Shown: positions 28,539-38,216 of the stretch, one piece after another | Layout: every line of letters begins with the position of its first letter | Numbering within the stretch: the first letter of the stretch is position 1 | Assembly: GCA_965261395.1 (NCBI GenBank) | Contig: OZ253462.1 | Span: 1,184,001-1,248,000, forward strand | DNA length: 64,000 nucleotides | DNA from: Candidatus Latescibacterota bacterium | Lineage (GTDB): Bacteria; Latescibacterota; UBA2968; UBA8231 | Direction: 5' to 3' | Position numbers and translations under genes: made by a program | The notes under the pieces: generated by a model | The model's database searches: none | The model's input: only the letters and a program-made list of their open reading frames with translations | Told to the model about the DNA's origin: nothing

Positions 28539-29615
28539 TCAGCCCAAGTCCAGATTAAAATCCACAGGGTCGAGGCCACTGTCTTCGGCTAGTCCCCGCA
28601 GGCTGATCAAGACATCCTCGGGCATGACAATACCCTCGGCTAGCGCTTGCTCCCGCTTGTTCCACTCGATCTCGCCCGGCAGGAAGATGGTCCCGCCCTT
28701 GGCTGTGGAAGCGCTCTTGATCTCTTTGCACATGGTGGCCATGCGGGCGTGGAATTGATCCAGCGGCATCATCGCGCCGACGTTAATGGCGATAAAGGCA
28801 TGACCTTGATTTGACGGCTCGTCCGTGTCCGCGACCCAACTGTGGACGCCGCTCATCATCGCCGCCCCGCTAAGGGTTGCCGTCAGCAGTTCCACTAGCA
28901 CGGCCAATCCGTACCCTTTGTGTCCGGCCATGGGCAACTGTGCCCCTTTTTCCGGAAACTCGGTGGGATCGGTCGTTGGAATGCCGTCTTCGTCCACCAG
29001 CCAAGTGTCGGGAATGTCGCGCCCTTCGTTTTTGGCCGCGAATATTTTGGTGGCCGCAACCGCGCTGGTGGCAATGTCCAGCATGACGGTGCGGTCGGTA
29101 CCGGTCGGTGCGGCGTAGGCGATCGGGTTGGTCCCCAGAACCTTACTCTTGCCGCCTGGGACGGTCATGCAGGGTTCCACATTGCACATGGAAAGGCCAA
29201 TCATGTCGTTTTCGGCGATCATGTTGGCGTAAAACCCAGCGGCACCGTAGTGGCTGCTGCCCCGGATACCGATGTAGCACATGCCACTTTGGCGGGCTTT
29301 GTCAACGGCCAGTTCAACGGCGCGGTAGGAGATGGCGGGCGGCATGCCATCGCAGGCGTCAATAATGGCCCAAGACGGTCCCTCGGCGACGATTTTCTCT
29401 TTCGCGGTCGCAACCAGACGGCCACGCCGCGCATTCTGCATCAAGCCGCGAATCTGCCGGGTGCCGTGCGTAAAGGTGCCCCAAGTGTCGGTGGTGACGA
29501 AGACGTGGGCACTTAGTTCGGCGTCTTCTTGGCTGAGACCGGCTTGGACCATGGCGGCGACACAAAAGGCCTTCAGGTCATCCGGTTGGATGCTTTGGCG
29601 AGTAGATTCAGTCAA
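28539..29615 (-). CDS. Ldh_2 family (malate/L-sulfolactate/ureidoglycolate dehydrogenase-like) oxidoreductase
   Basis: THG, SSHYGAAG, GTNPIA, LDIATS, GHKGYGL, LPGEIE. Confidence 0.9.
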   Translation of the reverse strand: MTESTRQSIQPDDLKAFCVAAMVQAGLSQEDAELSAHVFVTTDTWGTFTHGTRQIRGLMQNARRGRLVATAKEKIVAEGPSWAIIDACDGMPPAISYRAVELAVDKARQSGMCYIGIRGSSHYGAAGFYANMIAENDMIGLSMCNVEPCMTVPGGKSKVLGTNPIAYAAPTGTDRTVMLDIATSAVAATKIFAAKNEGRDIPDTWLVDEDGIPTTDPTEFPEKGAQLPMAGHKGYGLAVLVELLTATLSGAAMMSGVHSWVADTDEPSNQGHAFIAINVGAMMPLDQFHARMATMCKEIKSASTAKGGTIFLPGEIEWNKREQALAEGIVMPEDVLISLRGLAEDSGLDPVDFNLDLG

Positions 29616-29731
29616 GGGATTGGCTCCTTTTTAGTTGGTGCGTGATTCGTCGGTATGGATAAAGAGATTTTTCGCGGCCTAGTCAAGGAAGGGTGCCGTC
29701 TGCTGTCGCCGACTTACAACGAGGCCGCTCC

Positions 29732-29760
29732 TTGACTAGCGTCCGCAAGGGCCTTTTAAT
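29732..29760 (+). promoter_or_regulatory. Putative sigma70 promoter for the protease gene
   Basis: TTGACT-N17-TTTAAT; mirrored by an 11-bp inverted copy (CTAGTCAAGGA, 29679-29689) facing the divergent gene. Confidence 0.4.
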
Positions 29761-29942
29761 GCCATTACCTTCGCCTGCATCAATGCGCTAGTTTGGTATC
29801 GCAGTCAGATCGCCAGCCAGGCCGTTGTGCTCTTGTCCACAGCAATAGAATTGGGCATTATTGCGTGGCTCGACAAACTACGATTGAGCGCATCCACAGG
29901 CAATCGGCTCGCGGAGCGCACCAATCCTGAAAGGAGCTTTTC

Positions 29943-31157
29943 ATGCGTCTGTTTTTGTCCGCCCTGCTGGGCGCGGTCTTGTTTGCCTGCTCTTCTGATA
30001 ATCCCCTCGCCGAGCGCGTAGCGAATTTAGAGCAGGAGCTTTCCGAAGTGAAAGCGGCCCAAGAGGAGGACCGGCTGAACCTGTTGGCGCGTCTTGATGC
30101 GCTTGCGGTGACGGCGGACAACGCGGAGGAGATCGGCTCAGTGCGCGCCAAGCTGAACCAGACGAGTATTACGCGGTCGGAATTTACGCGACTAGCAAAC
30201 CGCGTGACAGCGCTTGAAAGCCAAATTGCGGATTGGAGCGGGGTGGTTAGTTCTTTGCGGCCCTCCGTTTACGCTGTGCTCCTCTGGAGCTTTGATAACG
30301 AAGATTGGTCTTCGGAATGGTTTACATTCGTCGGAACGGGCTTTGCCGTAGACGGCATAACATTTGTTACCAATGCACATATTGTAGATGCATTGGTTGA
30401 ATTCTCCGACGAGCTAGGGGCATTTAATCAGAAATATGGAACCGATATCCAAGGTTGGTGGACGATGGCACAAGCCCGGACGGACGGCCTCTCAATCGTC
30501 TCAAGTTTTTGGACCATTGATTACTATTGGCTACACCCGGAATGGGATCCCGACAACCTAAATTCGCCTGACGTAGGTTTGCTGCAAACCTCAGATATTG
30601 GCTTTGGCTCTATTGAGCGGCATGTTACCTTGGCGACAAACAGCGAGGTTTATCGATTAAGAGTAGGTGCTCCGATAGCAACTTTGGGATTTCCCGGCGA
30701 GCTTCAAGGCGGTGAAACAGAAGACATTTCTCCGATTGCCACTTTTAAGAATGGCACTATCAGTGCTTTGCGCCCTCCCTATCAAGGCGATACGTACACT
30801 TCGCGTGATACATATATCATCCAGCACAATCTCGACCTTTCCGGCGGCACCAGCGGTAGTCCCATTTTCGACGCTAGAGGCCGAGTTGTGGCTATCAACA
30901 ACGCAGGCATTGATGTGATTTTCGATATAGGGGGTAGGCAGGCTCGAGTCTCACAAGCTGCCTTGGGGTTTGGCATTCGCGCCGATAAGATACGCGAGTT
31001 GCTCAACCAAGCGAGTGTAGCGGCTAAGCGGACCGTTCCTGCTAAACCGGCCCATTTCGACGAATTGGTCAGCCGCTTGGAAGGACGAGACATTAGTTCG
31101 CTGAACATTGTGACGACGCGGGAGGAGTTTGCCGAGCGGTTGGAACGGATGCGGTGA
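29943..31157 (+). CDS. Lipoprotein trypsin-like serine protease with N-terminal coiled coil
   Basis: Lipobox-like LFAC; triad TNAH, PDVG, GGTSGSP; LGFP motif. Confidence 0.85.
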   Translation: MRLFLSALLGAVLFACSSDNPLAERVANLEQELSEVKAAQEEDRLNLLARLDALAVTADNAEEIGSVRAKLNQTSITRSEFTRLANRVTALESQIADWSGVVSSLRPSVYAVLLWSFDNEDWSSEWFTFVGTGFAVDGITFVTNAHIVDALVEFSDELGAFNQKYGTDIQGWWTMAQARTDGLSIVSSFWTIDYYWLHPEWDPDNLNSPDVGLLQTSDIGFGSIERHVTLATNSEVYRLRVGAPIATLGFPGELQGGETEDISPIATFKNGTISALRPPYQGDTYTSRDTYIIQHNLDLSGGTSGSPIFDARGRVVAINNAGIDVIFDIGGRQARVSQAALGFGIRADKIRELLNQASVAAKRTVPAKPAHFDELVSRLEGRDISSLNIVTTREEFAERLERMR

Positions 31158-31175
31158 ATGGAGGGTTAGCACACT

Positions 31176-32759
31176 ATGCGTTTTTTTAACACAGCCGGCC
31201 CCATTAAGCCGGAGATTAATTACTATATTCCGCCATTGGAACGGCTAGACCTCGACGAAGTCCCGCTACTGACCGAGCAGCAGAGGTACTTTGTCATGCA
31301 CGCACCTAGGCAGACGGGTAAGACGTCCGCGCTGCTGGCGCTAAGGGACGAGCTCAACGGCAGCGGACGGTATCGCTGCGTGTACGTAAATGTCGAGATC
31401 GGCCAGTCGGCGCGGGAGGATGTGGCCGCGGCCATGCGGGCCATTCTCGGTCAGATGGCCTTAGAGGCGGAGTTCGTTTTGGGCGACCTGACGCTAAGGG
31501 AGATAAGTCTCGACACTTTAGAGGCGTTTGGCCCGCACCAAGCACTCCAAGGGACGTTAAGCCGTTGGTCGGCGGCGGATGATAAGCCGCTGGTGCTGCT
31601 GATTGACGAGATTGATGCGCTAATTGGCGACACGCTCTTAGCCGTGCTCAGGCAACTCCGCGCCGGCTATCCCGACCGGCCGCAGCACTACCCGCAGACC
31701 GTCGTCCTGTGCGGCGTGCGCGATGTGCGCGACTACCGCATCCAATCCACCGCCGAGAACGCGATTATCGCCGGCGGTAGCGCGTTCAACATCCGCGCCG
31801 AGTCCCTGCGGCTGGGCGATTTTTCACCGGACGAAGTGCAGGCGCTGTTGGCACAACACACCGAGACCACCGGGCAAGTGTTTGCCGAGGACGCGCAAGA
31901 CGCGGTTTGGGAACTAACCCAAGGCCAGCCGTGGCTGGTCAACGCCTTGGCGTACGAAGCGTGCTTTAGGAACAAGGCCGGGCGGGACCGCAGTCGTCCT
32001 ATCACCGCCGAAGCGATAAGCGATGCCCGCGAGCAACTCATTCTGCGACGCGAGACCCACCTCGACCAACTCACCGACAAGCTGCAAGAGGAGCGCGTAC
32101 GGCGCGTGGTCGAGCCGCTGCTGAGCGGGGCCGCATCCACCGAGGCCATTCCCCTAGACGACGTGGAATACGTCCGCGATTTGGGCCTGATCGCCCGACG
32201 CGCTCCCATCGCCATTGCCAACCCGATCTATCAAGAGGTTATCCCCCGCGACCTGACCTACACCACGCAGGAATACCTCGCGCAAGACCCGACTTGGTAC
32301 GTGGATGCGGCCGGGTGGTTGCGCCTTGACGACTTGCTGACCGCATTCCAAGCGTTCTTCCGCGAACATTCGGAACACTGGGTCGAGCGATTCCAGTACA
32401 AGGAAGCCGGTCCCCAATTGCTATTGCAGGCGTTCCTCCAGCGCATCGTCAACAGCGGCGGGCGGATTGAGCGCGAGTATGGCTTGGGTCGGATGCGCAC
32501 GGATCTGCTGATCGTGTGGCCGGTGCCCGGCGACGCTCCGGTGCAGCGAGTGGTGATCGAGTGCAAACTGCTGTACAAGGGCTTAGAGCAGACCATCATT
32601 GCAGGTCTCGACCAGACCCGTGCCTATATGGATCGCTGCGATGCGGTCGAAGGCCACCTCGTGATCTTTGACCGCACCGTCGGGGTGTCGTGGGACGATA
32701 AGATATTCCGCCGCGAGGAGGGCATGGGCGCGGCGAAAGTCACCGTGTGGGGAATGTGA
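31176..32759 (+). CDS. AAA ATPase with C-terminal PD-(D/E)XK-like domain
   Basis: FFNTAGP, APRQTGKT, LIDEID, SAFNI, GQPWLVN, RTDLLI..IECK. Confidence 0.88.
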   Translation: MRFFNTAGPIKPEINYYIPPLERLDLDEVPLLTEQQRYFVMHAPRQTGKTSALLALRDELNGSGRYRCVYVNVEIGQSAREDVAAAMRAILGQMALEAEFVLGDLTLREISLDTLEAFGPHQALQGTLSRWSAADDKPLVLLIDEIDALIGDTLLAVLRQLRAGYPDRPQHYPQTVVLCGVRDVRDYRIQSTAENAIIAGGSAFNIRAESLRLGDFSPDEVQALLAQHTETTGQVFAEDAQDAVWELTQGQPWLVNALAYEACFRNKAGRDRSRPITAEAISDAREQLILRRETHLDQLTDKLQEERVRRVVEPLLSGAASTEAIPLDDVEYVRDLGLIARRAPIAIANPIYQEVIPRDLTYTTQEYLAQDPTWYVDAAGWLRLDDLLTAFQAFFREHSEHWVERFQYKEAGPQLLLQAFLQRIVNSGGRIEREYGLGRMRTDLLIVWPVPGDAPVQRVVIECKLLYKGLEQTIIAGLDQTRAYMDRCDAVEGHLVIFDRTVGVSWDDKIFRREEGMGAAKVTVWGM

Positions 32760-32827
32760 AGGTTCGGCGGATAGGTCTAAAAAAGCCCAAAATAGACGTG
32801 CTTGATAAACTCTAGGAGACATAACGT

Positions 32828-33613
32828 ATGAACGGTAGTACGGGGTTTGAGCAGTACGTAACCATAGAAGAATACCTCAAGGGTCGGCGTTGCATTATCA
32901 CCGGCTCTAGTGGGACGATTGGCAAAATCTTTGCGACCTTTATCGCCTCGCGCGGCGGAATCCCCATTCTGGTAGATGTTGTCCCGCAGGACGACACCGT
33001 GGAGGCGGTTGCGTCCTACGGTGGCGAGTACAGCGCCCATCGCGTGGATCTCAGCGATGTTGCCCAGATCAAATCCTTCTACGCTGAAATAGCCGAACGG
33101 TACGACGGCGTCGATCTGCTCATCAATAACGCCGGGCTCCTCAGCGAGGTAACGTTGCTCGACATGACCGAGGACAACTGGGACCGCGTCCTCAATGTAA
33201 ATGCAAAAGGCGCGGCCTTTATGAGCCAGGGCGCGGTCGGCCTGATGCAGCATGGCAGCGACGACCGGCAAATTATCAATATCGTGTCGCTGGCCGCACT
33301 GGTGGGCGGGCTATACGTGGGGGCGCCCTATGTTTGCAGCAAGGCGGCCCTGCTCGGTCTCAGCCGCAACTATGCGGTGCAAGCAGGTAAGGAATTCGGG
33401 ATCCGCGTCAATTCCATCAGCCCGGTCATTGTCAGTGGCCAGATGATTTCCAACACGCCGCGCGAAGCCATTGACGGGGTCAAAAACCTAATGAAGGTGT
33501 GGAAGCAGGAAGTCCCTCCTATGCATCTGCTCTACGTTTTTGAAATGCTGTGTAGAACCCCGTCGATGACGGGTAAAAACATCGTCCTCGATGGCGGCAT
33601 TCTGCTGGAGTAG
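32828..33613 (+). CDS. SDR family oxidoreductase
   Basis: TGSSGTIG, NNAG, YVCSK, LDGG. Confidence 0.85.
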   Translation: MNGSTGFEQYVTIEEYLKGRRCIITGSSGTIGKIFATFIASRGGIPILVDVVPQDDTVEAVASYGGEYSAHRVDLSDVAQIKSFYAEIAERYDGVDLLINNAGLLSEVTLLDMTEDNWDRVLNVNAKGAAFMSQGAVGLMQHGSDDRQIINIVSLAALVGGLYVGAPYVCSKAALLGLSRNYAVQAGKEFGIRVNSISPVIVSGQMISNTPREAIDGVKNLMKVWKQEVPPMHLLYVFEMLCRTPSMTGKNIVLDGGILLE

Positions 33614-33722
33614 GCATCTTCCAACCGCGCGCCGACCCCGTCGCCGCGCCAATTTCGCGGCGGCCTAACTGCTTGTGGCGGCGCGGCAAATGGCGTTACA
33701 TTGGGATTAGGCGGAGTTACCC

Positions 33723-34370
33723 ATGCACAGTTCAAAACTCGGCGACAGCGACTTTGAGATGATTGCCCGCGGCCACCCGGTCGCGCTGGCGGAGTACTTT
33801 CGCGGCTTTACCAATACCAAAAGGCTGGGGCTGCTAGCGCCCAATGGCCTTGAGGGCGTCGGGGCCGTCAGTTTGGTCATGGCCCACGTAACCGCCTTTT
33901 ACAATACCTACCGCGCCACGGGCGAGGATTTCTTCGCGTATCCCGATTACTTCACCTTCCAATCGCGCACACCCAAAGCGGCCTACGGGATGTTCGACAT
34001 CTGGCCGGAGCACAAAGACGTGTTGGTCGGCACTGATGCCGCCGAGCGGCTCAACGCGATCACCGACCGCGGCGTCAACATCCTGCTCGTGCCCGACGGC
34101 CCTCCAGCCCCGCGCGAGTACCAGCGGCAGCAGCTAGCCTCAGCCGAGCGGCTCATTGAAACCTGCTATGCGTATTCGGCCACCGGTGCGGTCGTTGACC
34201 CCGACTTGGTCATCCGCGGTCCGGTAGATCCGCTCGCCGCTTGGTGCCAAAGCGTCTGCGACTCCGTGCCCGACAGCGAGCGCGGGGAGGGCTGGCATGG
34301 CCAGGGGCCCGTCCTCGAACAATCCTTCCGCCGCATCAGCCGGCAAGACGCGCTCGCTCGCCTCGCTTAA
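33723..34370 (+). CDS. Conserved hypothetical protein
   Basis: GGAG RBS, host-like codon usage, 215 aa; no motif assigned. Confidence 0.7.
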   Translation: MHSSKLGDSDFEMIARGHPVALAEYFRGFTNTKRLGLLAPNGLEGVGAVSLVMAHVTAFYNTYRATGEDFFAYPDYFTFQSRTPKAAYGMFDIWPEHKDVLVGTDAAERLNAITDRGVNILLVPDGPPAPREYQRQQLASAERLIETCYAYSATGAVVDPDLVIRGPVDPLAAWCQSVCDSVPDSERGEGWHGQGPVLEQSFRRISRQDALARLA

Positions 34371-34387
34371 GACCAAAGGAACTTGCC

Positions 34388-35176
34388 ATGACCGTTCTCC
34401 ACGCCCCCGAGCTAAGTGCCGCTGAACTAGACCAGTTTCGCCAGCAGGGCTACGTGCGCTTCGGCCACGTGGCTCCCCGCGCGGAAATCGACGCCCTCTG
34501 CGACCGCATCGACCAGATCATGCTCGGTGAAGTGCGCTACGACGACATGCTCATGCAGCTATGCCCTTCGGCCGGCAATCTCGATCTTTCGCGGCAGACC
34601 AAGGAATTTAAGGGCTCCACGCTCAAGTACCGCAAAATTCAGGATCTGGAGCAGGATCCGCTGTTCTTGGGTTATTTGCAAAAGCCGCTCTTCCGCGACC
34701 TAACCGCCAAGATCGTCGGCGCGGAAATCTCGATCTTTCGCGCGATGTTTTTCAACAAGCCGGCCGAGCAGGGCGTTATGATCAACTGGCACCAAGACGG
34801 CGCTGGCGGCTGGCAACTGAGCATTCCCCCCCAAGTCACGGTGTGGACCGCGCTCGACGACACGTGCGTTGCCAACGGCTGCCTGCAAATTATCCCCAGC
34901 TCGCACCACACCATGATCCCCGAAACGGGCGACCAGCTTTCGGCGGACGAGCGCGCGCTGCACGCACCGGATGAGAAGCGGCTCTATTTGGAAATGGAAA
35001 GAGGCGAGGTGGTGCTTTTGCACAACTGGACCTTGCACCGCTCGGAGACGAATAGTACCAACCGCCCGCGCCGTGCGTTCAGCGTCTGCTACATCGACGC
35101 GGCTACCCGCCAAAAGACCACGGGCCACGCCTTTCCTCGCGTCTTCCCGACCTACCAGCCTATCAGTGGTAATTGA
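34388..35176 (+). CDS. PhyH-family Fe/2OG dioxygenase
   Basis: FNKP, WHQD, WTALDD...NGCLQIIPSSH, LHRS, RRAFS; ATG after AAGGA. Confidence 0.9.
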   Translation: MTVLHAPELSAAELDQFRQQGYVRFGHVAPRAEIDALCDRIDQIMLGEVRYDDMLMQLCPSAGNLDLSRQTKEFKGSTLKYRKIQDLEQDPLFLGYLQKPLFRDLTAKIVGAEISIFRAMFFNKPAEQGVMINWHQDGAGGWQLSIPPQVTVWTALDDTCVANGCLQIIPSSHHTMIPETGDQLSADERALHAPDEKRLYLEMERGEVVLLHNWTLHRSETNSTNRPRRAFSVCYIDAATRQKTTGHAFPRVFPTYQPISGN

Positions 35177-36611
35177 TAAAGGCGACCTTGTGCTCGGTGA
35201 AAAACTCGATCCCGGTGTTGCCCGATTCCGGGATCCCGTGCCCGGAAGCCTTGACCCCGCCGAATGAGAGCTGGGGTTCGCGGTAGGCCGTCATCATGTT
35301 CACGTGCGTCAGCCCCACGTCGGTCTTTTCCAAGAACTGGAAAGCTTGCCCAATGTCGCGCGTGAAAATGGACGACGCCAGCCCAAACTCCACGCCATTG
35401 GCGATCGCTAGAGCCTCGGAGAAATCCTCTGCAACTATTAGGCACAAAACCGGACCGAAGATCTCCTCCTGCGCGATGCGCATCTGCGGCTGGACATTGG
35501 TGAAAACCGTCGGCGCAATAAAACACCCTTTGTCTAGTCCGTTGGCGGTCAGGCGCTCGCCCCCATGCGCGATGCGGCCCCCTTCTGCTTTACCGATTTC
35601 GATGTAACCCTCGATCGTTGCGAGTTGGTCCGTGCCGCACACCGGCCCCATATCCACCCCGGCCTCCGTCCCATTGCCCACGCGGATTTGCTTGACGCGC
35701 TCTAGTACCTTGTCGGTGAAGGCTGCGGCGGCCTCGCGCACGACGATTGCCCGGCTCGTCGAAGTACACCACTGCCCGGCGCAGGCGTAGGCCGCCTTGA
35801 CGACCGCATCCGCCGCCATGTCGAGGTCGGCGTCTGCCAAGATAACCGCGGGATTTTTGCCGCCCATTTCCAGTTGCGTGCGGATTAGTCCTTGGGCGGC
35901 GCGCTGCTGAATGCCCCTGCCTACTTGGGTCGAGCCGGTGAAGGAAATCGACTGTACCAACGGATGCGTGATCATGGTTTCCCCGACCGTCCTGCCCCCG
36001 CCGCAGACAAAGTTCAGCACGCCTGCGGGCAGCCCCGCCTCGGCAAAAATATCGACGAAAGCCCGCCCGGCTCCAGGCGTCAGGCTCGCCGGCTTGAAGA
36101 CGATGGTATTGCCGCTGATCAGCGCCGGCGTACACTTGCGCCCCGGCACGTTGAACGGAAAGTTCCACGGGCTGATGATCGACGCCACTCCGAGGGGCCG
36201 CCGCACGCTGTAGGCAAACACCCCAGCTTGCGCCGAGGGCGCGGTCTGGCCGCACATGGAGATCCCTTGGGCGATCTGGAACTCCATCTCGCGCACCGCC
36301 GACCCCACCTCGGTGCGCGCTTCGTCGAGCGTCTTGCCGTTTTCTGCGGTAAGGACTGCGGCGATTTCTTCGCTCCGTCCCTTTAGCACCGCGACTGCCC
36401 GTGACAAGTACTCTGCCCGCTGGTACACTCCCATCTCGGCCCACGCCGGAAACGCCGCGTGCGCCGCTTCAATGGCCTGCTCGGCGTCGGCGCAGGTGCC
36501 TTGGGGCCACTCCCCGGTTACGCATTCTAGGTCGGCTGGATTGCGCTGGGCAAAGGTCTGCCCGTCCGAGGCCCCAACCCACTGGCCGTCGATGTAGTTT
36601 TGAGATTTCAT
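35163..36611 (-). CDS. Aldehyde dehydrogenase family protein (KGSADH-like)
   Basis: PWNFP, KPAS, SFTGS, LEMGGKN, AGQWCT, EEIFGPV. Confidence 0.92.
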   Translation of the reverse strand: MKSQNYIDGQWVGASDGQTFAQRNPADLECVTGEWPQGTCADAEQAIEAAHAAFPAWAEMGVYQRAEYLSRAVAVLKGRSEEIAAVLTAENGKTLDEARTEVGSAVREMEFQIAQGISMCGQTAPSAQAGVFAYSVRRPLGVASIISPWNFPFNVPGRKCTPALISGNTIVFKPASLTPGAGRAFVDIFAEAGLPAGVLNFVCGGGRTVGETMITHPLVQSISFTGSTQVGRGIQQRAAQGLIRTQLEMGGKNPAVILADADLDMAADAVVKAAYACAGQWCTSTSRAIVVREAAAAFTDKVLERVKQIRVGNGTEAGVDMGPVCGTDQLATIEGYIEIGKAEGGRIAHGGERLTANGLDKGCFIAPTVFTNVQPQMRIAQEEIFGPVLCLIVAEDFSEALAIANGVEFGLASSIFTRDIGQAFQFLEKTDVGLTHVNMMTAYREPQLSFGGVKASGHGIPESGNTGIEFFTEHKVAFINYH

Positions 36612-36651
36612 AATAGCTCCAGTTAAAAGTGATTCATGGATGCGCTGCGGC

Positions 36652-37812
36652 TCAGGACCACAGCGGCACTCCGGCAGGTAGCGCGGCGGCGATGGCTTCT
36701 TCGTCTAGATCGATGCCCAAGCCAGGGCCGTCGGGCACGGCGATATAACCCTGCTGAATGGGGTTCTTGATGTCGAGCATGGTGCTCCACAGCGGGATGT
36801 TGCGCGAGTGATGCTCTAGGGCGAGGAAATTGGGCAGGGTGGCGCAGATATGCACCGCGGCTATGCCCGTAATTGCGCTCCGCATGTAGTGGGGGGCTAC
36901 CGACATGTGGTACATCTCGGCTAGTTCGGCGATGCGGCGGATTTCAATGGCCCCGCCGCTGTGGGGGATGTCCGGCTCTAGCAGGTCACAGGCCTGTTGT
37001 TCCATCAGCTCGCGGAACATCTTGGCTCCGTAAAAAATCTCGCCGGTGCAGATCGGCGTCTCGGTCTGCTGGCAGATCTTGGCCAAGGCGGCGACATTGC
37101 CCCACTCCCAGCGGATGGGATCCTCCAACCACAGCAGGTCGAGGTGCTCCACGTCTTTGCAGATGCGCAGGGCGTCGGCCAGGTTGAAGGAACCGTGCAA
37201 GTCGATGGATAAGTCGATGTAAGGGCCTATCGCTTGGCGCAGGTTTTCGATGGTGGTGACGATGTGATGGTGCTGCCGGCGGCTGATGGAGCGGTCGTAG
37301 GTGTCGAGCTTATAGGGGTTGGGTACGTCGAGATCGAACTTGATCGCGGTGTACCCTTCGGCCACCACCTCTTTGGCCATGGACACATAGGCGCTGGTTT
37401 CGTACACCGGGTCCAATTGCCCGCTGGCCCGCGTCTCGCGCCAGCGCCGCTCGTAGTCTTCCCGCGTCCAGTGCGCGCCCGAGTGGCAGTCGCAGTACAC
37501 GCGGATGCGGTCGCGCAGTTTGCCGCCTAGCAGCTCGTGCATGGGTGCGTTTAGCTGCTTGCCCCGAATGTCCCACAGGGCGATTTCCACGCCAGCACCG
37601 CGACCCTGCATCTGCCACAGGTGGTCGTAGTGCAGCCGATTGATGTTGGTCGGGTCGCGGCCGATGAGCATTTGTTTGAGCTGCTCGATGGGGCCCCCAG
37701 CGGTCCACTCGCCGAGGCCGACAATGCCTTCGTCGGTAAAGATTTTCAGCAAGGACCAGTGGCGATGTTCCGCGCCGAGGGAGGGCGTAACCTTAATGTC
37801 GGTGATCTTCAT
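36652..37812 (-). CDS. Mandelate racemase/MLE-family acid-sugar dehydratase-like enzyme
   Basis: MKITDIK start, EIALWDI.GK, KFD, IDLH, WLEDP, TGE, PGLGI. Confidence 0.9.
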   Translation of the reverse strand: MKITDIKVTPSLGAEHRHWSLLKIFTDEGIVGLGEWTAGGPIEQLKQMLIGRDPTNINRLHYDHLWQMQGRGAGVEIALWDIRGKQLNAPMHELLGGKLRDRIRVYCDCHSGAHWTREDYERRWRETRASGQLDPVYETSAYVSMAKEVVAEGYTAIKFDLDVPNPYKLDTYDRSISRRQHHHIVTTIENLRQAIGPYIDLSIDLHGSFNLADALRICKDVEHLDLLWLEDPIRWEWGNVAALAKICQQTETPICTGEIFYGAKMFRELMEQQACDLLEPDIPHSGGAIEIRRIAELAEMYHMSVAPHYMRSAITGIAAVHICATLPNFLALEHHSRNIPLWSTMLDIKNPIQQGYIAVPDGPGLGIDLDEEAIAAALPAGVPLWS

Positions 37813-37886
37813 GGTCTCTCTTTCGCAGGCAAACATAGAAAGCGCGACTTCGGATGTGCAGAAGTCGCGCTTAAAGATGGTGGAGG
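37755..37886 (-). repeat. Direct repeat copy 1 (displaced tmRNA 3' end CCTCCACCA, terminator and enolase start)
   Basis: 132 bp; about 10 mismatches and 1 indel versus 47928-48058 by manual alignment. Confidence 0.92.
37840..37872 (-). terminator. Intrinsic terminator, copy 1 of the ssrA terminator
   Basis: 12-bp stem AAGCGCGACTTC/GAAGTCGCGCTT followed by a T-rich tract on the minus strand. Confidence 0.7.
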
Positions 37887-37932
37887 ACTTGCAGTCTTTC
37901 CAAAATCCGCGCTCTCCTTATTCGGACGAGCG

Positions 37933-37945
37933 TAATTCGTTGATT
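37933..37945 (-). promoter_or_regulatory. IHF-binding consensus site
   Basis: Minus strand AATCAACGAATTA matches WATCAANNNNTTR, about 47 bp from the att core. Confidence 0.6.
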
Positions 37946-38216
37946 TACGGATCGTTACAAACATCAGTGTATGACTCTTCGAGGTACCGATCACGGAAGT
38001 CTTTCTGACCTCGATTTCCACACTGATCGAGATATCGTAGTTGTTGGCATTTGACGCCGATTTCTGCCTTCTAGGGTCAAAATAGGCTCCGTTGAGGCAT
38101 GGAGTCAAGGATGTCCAGAGCGTGTTCCGGACGCTGTTCACTTTGGTACTGACAGCCTGCCTCTCGTGCGGGCCAGCATTGGGTTCATGCACGGACCGCG
38201 CCCCAAGATTGCGCGA

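Noticed and set aside
29770-29935. Possible structured RNA in the protease leader
   Set aside because: Only short imperfect complementarity and no recognisable Rfam-type motif; would need a covariance search
37887-38216. Possible integrase remnant at the island end
   Set aside because: No tyrosine or serine recombinase motif recognised in the frames I read
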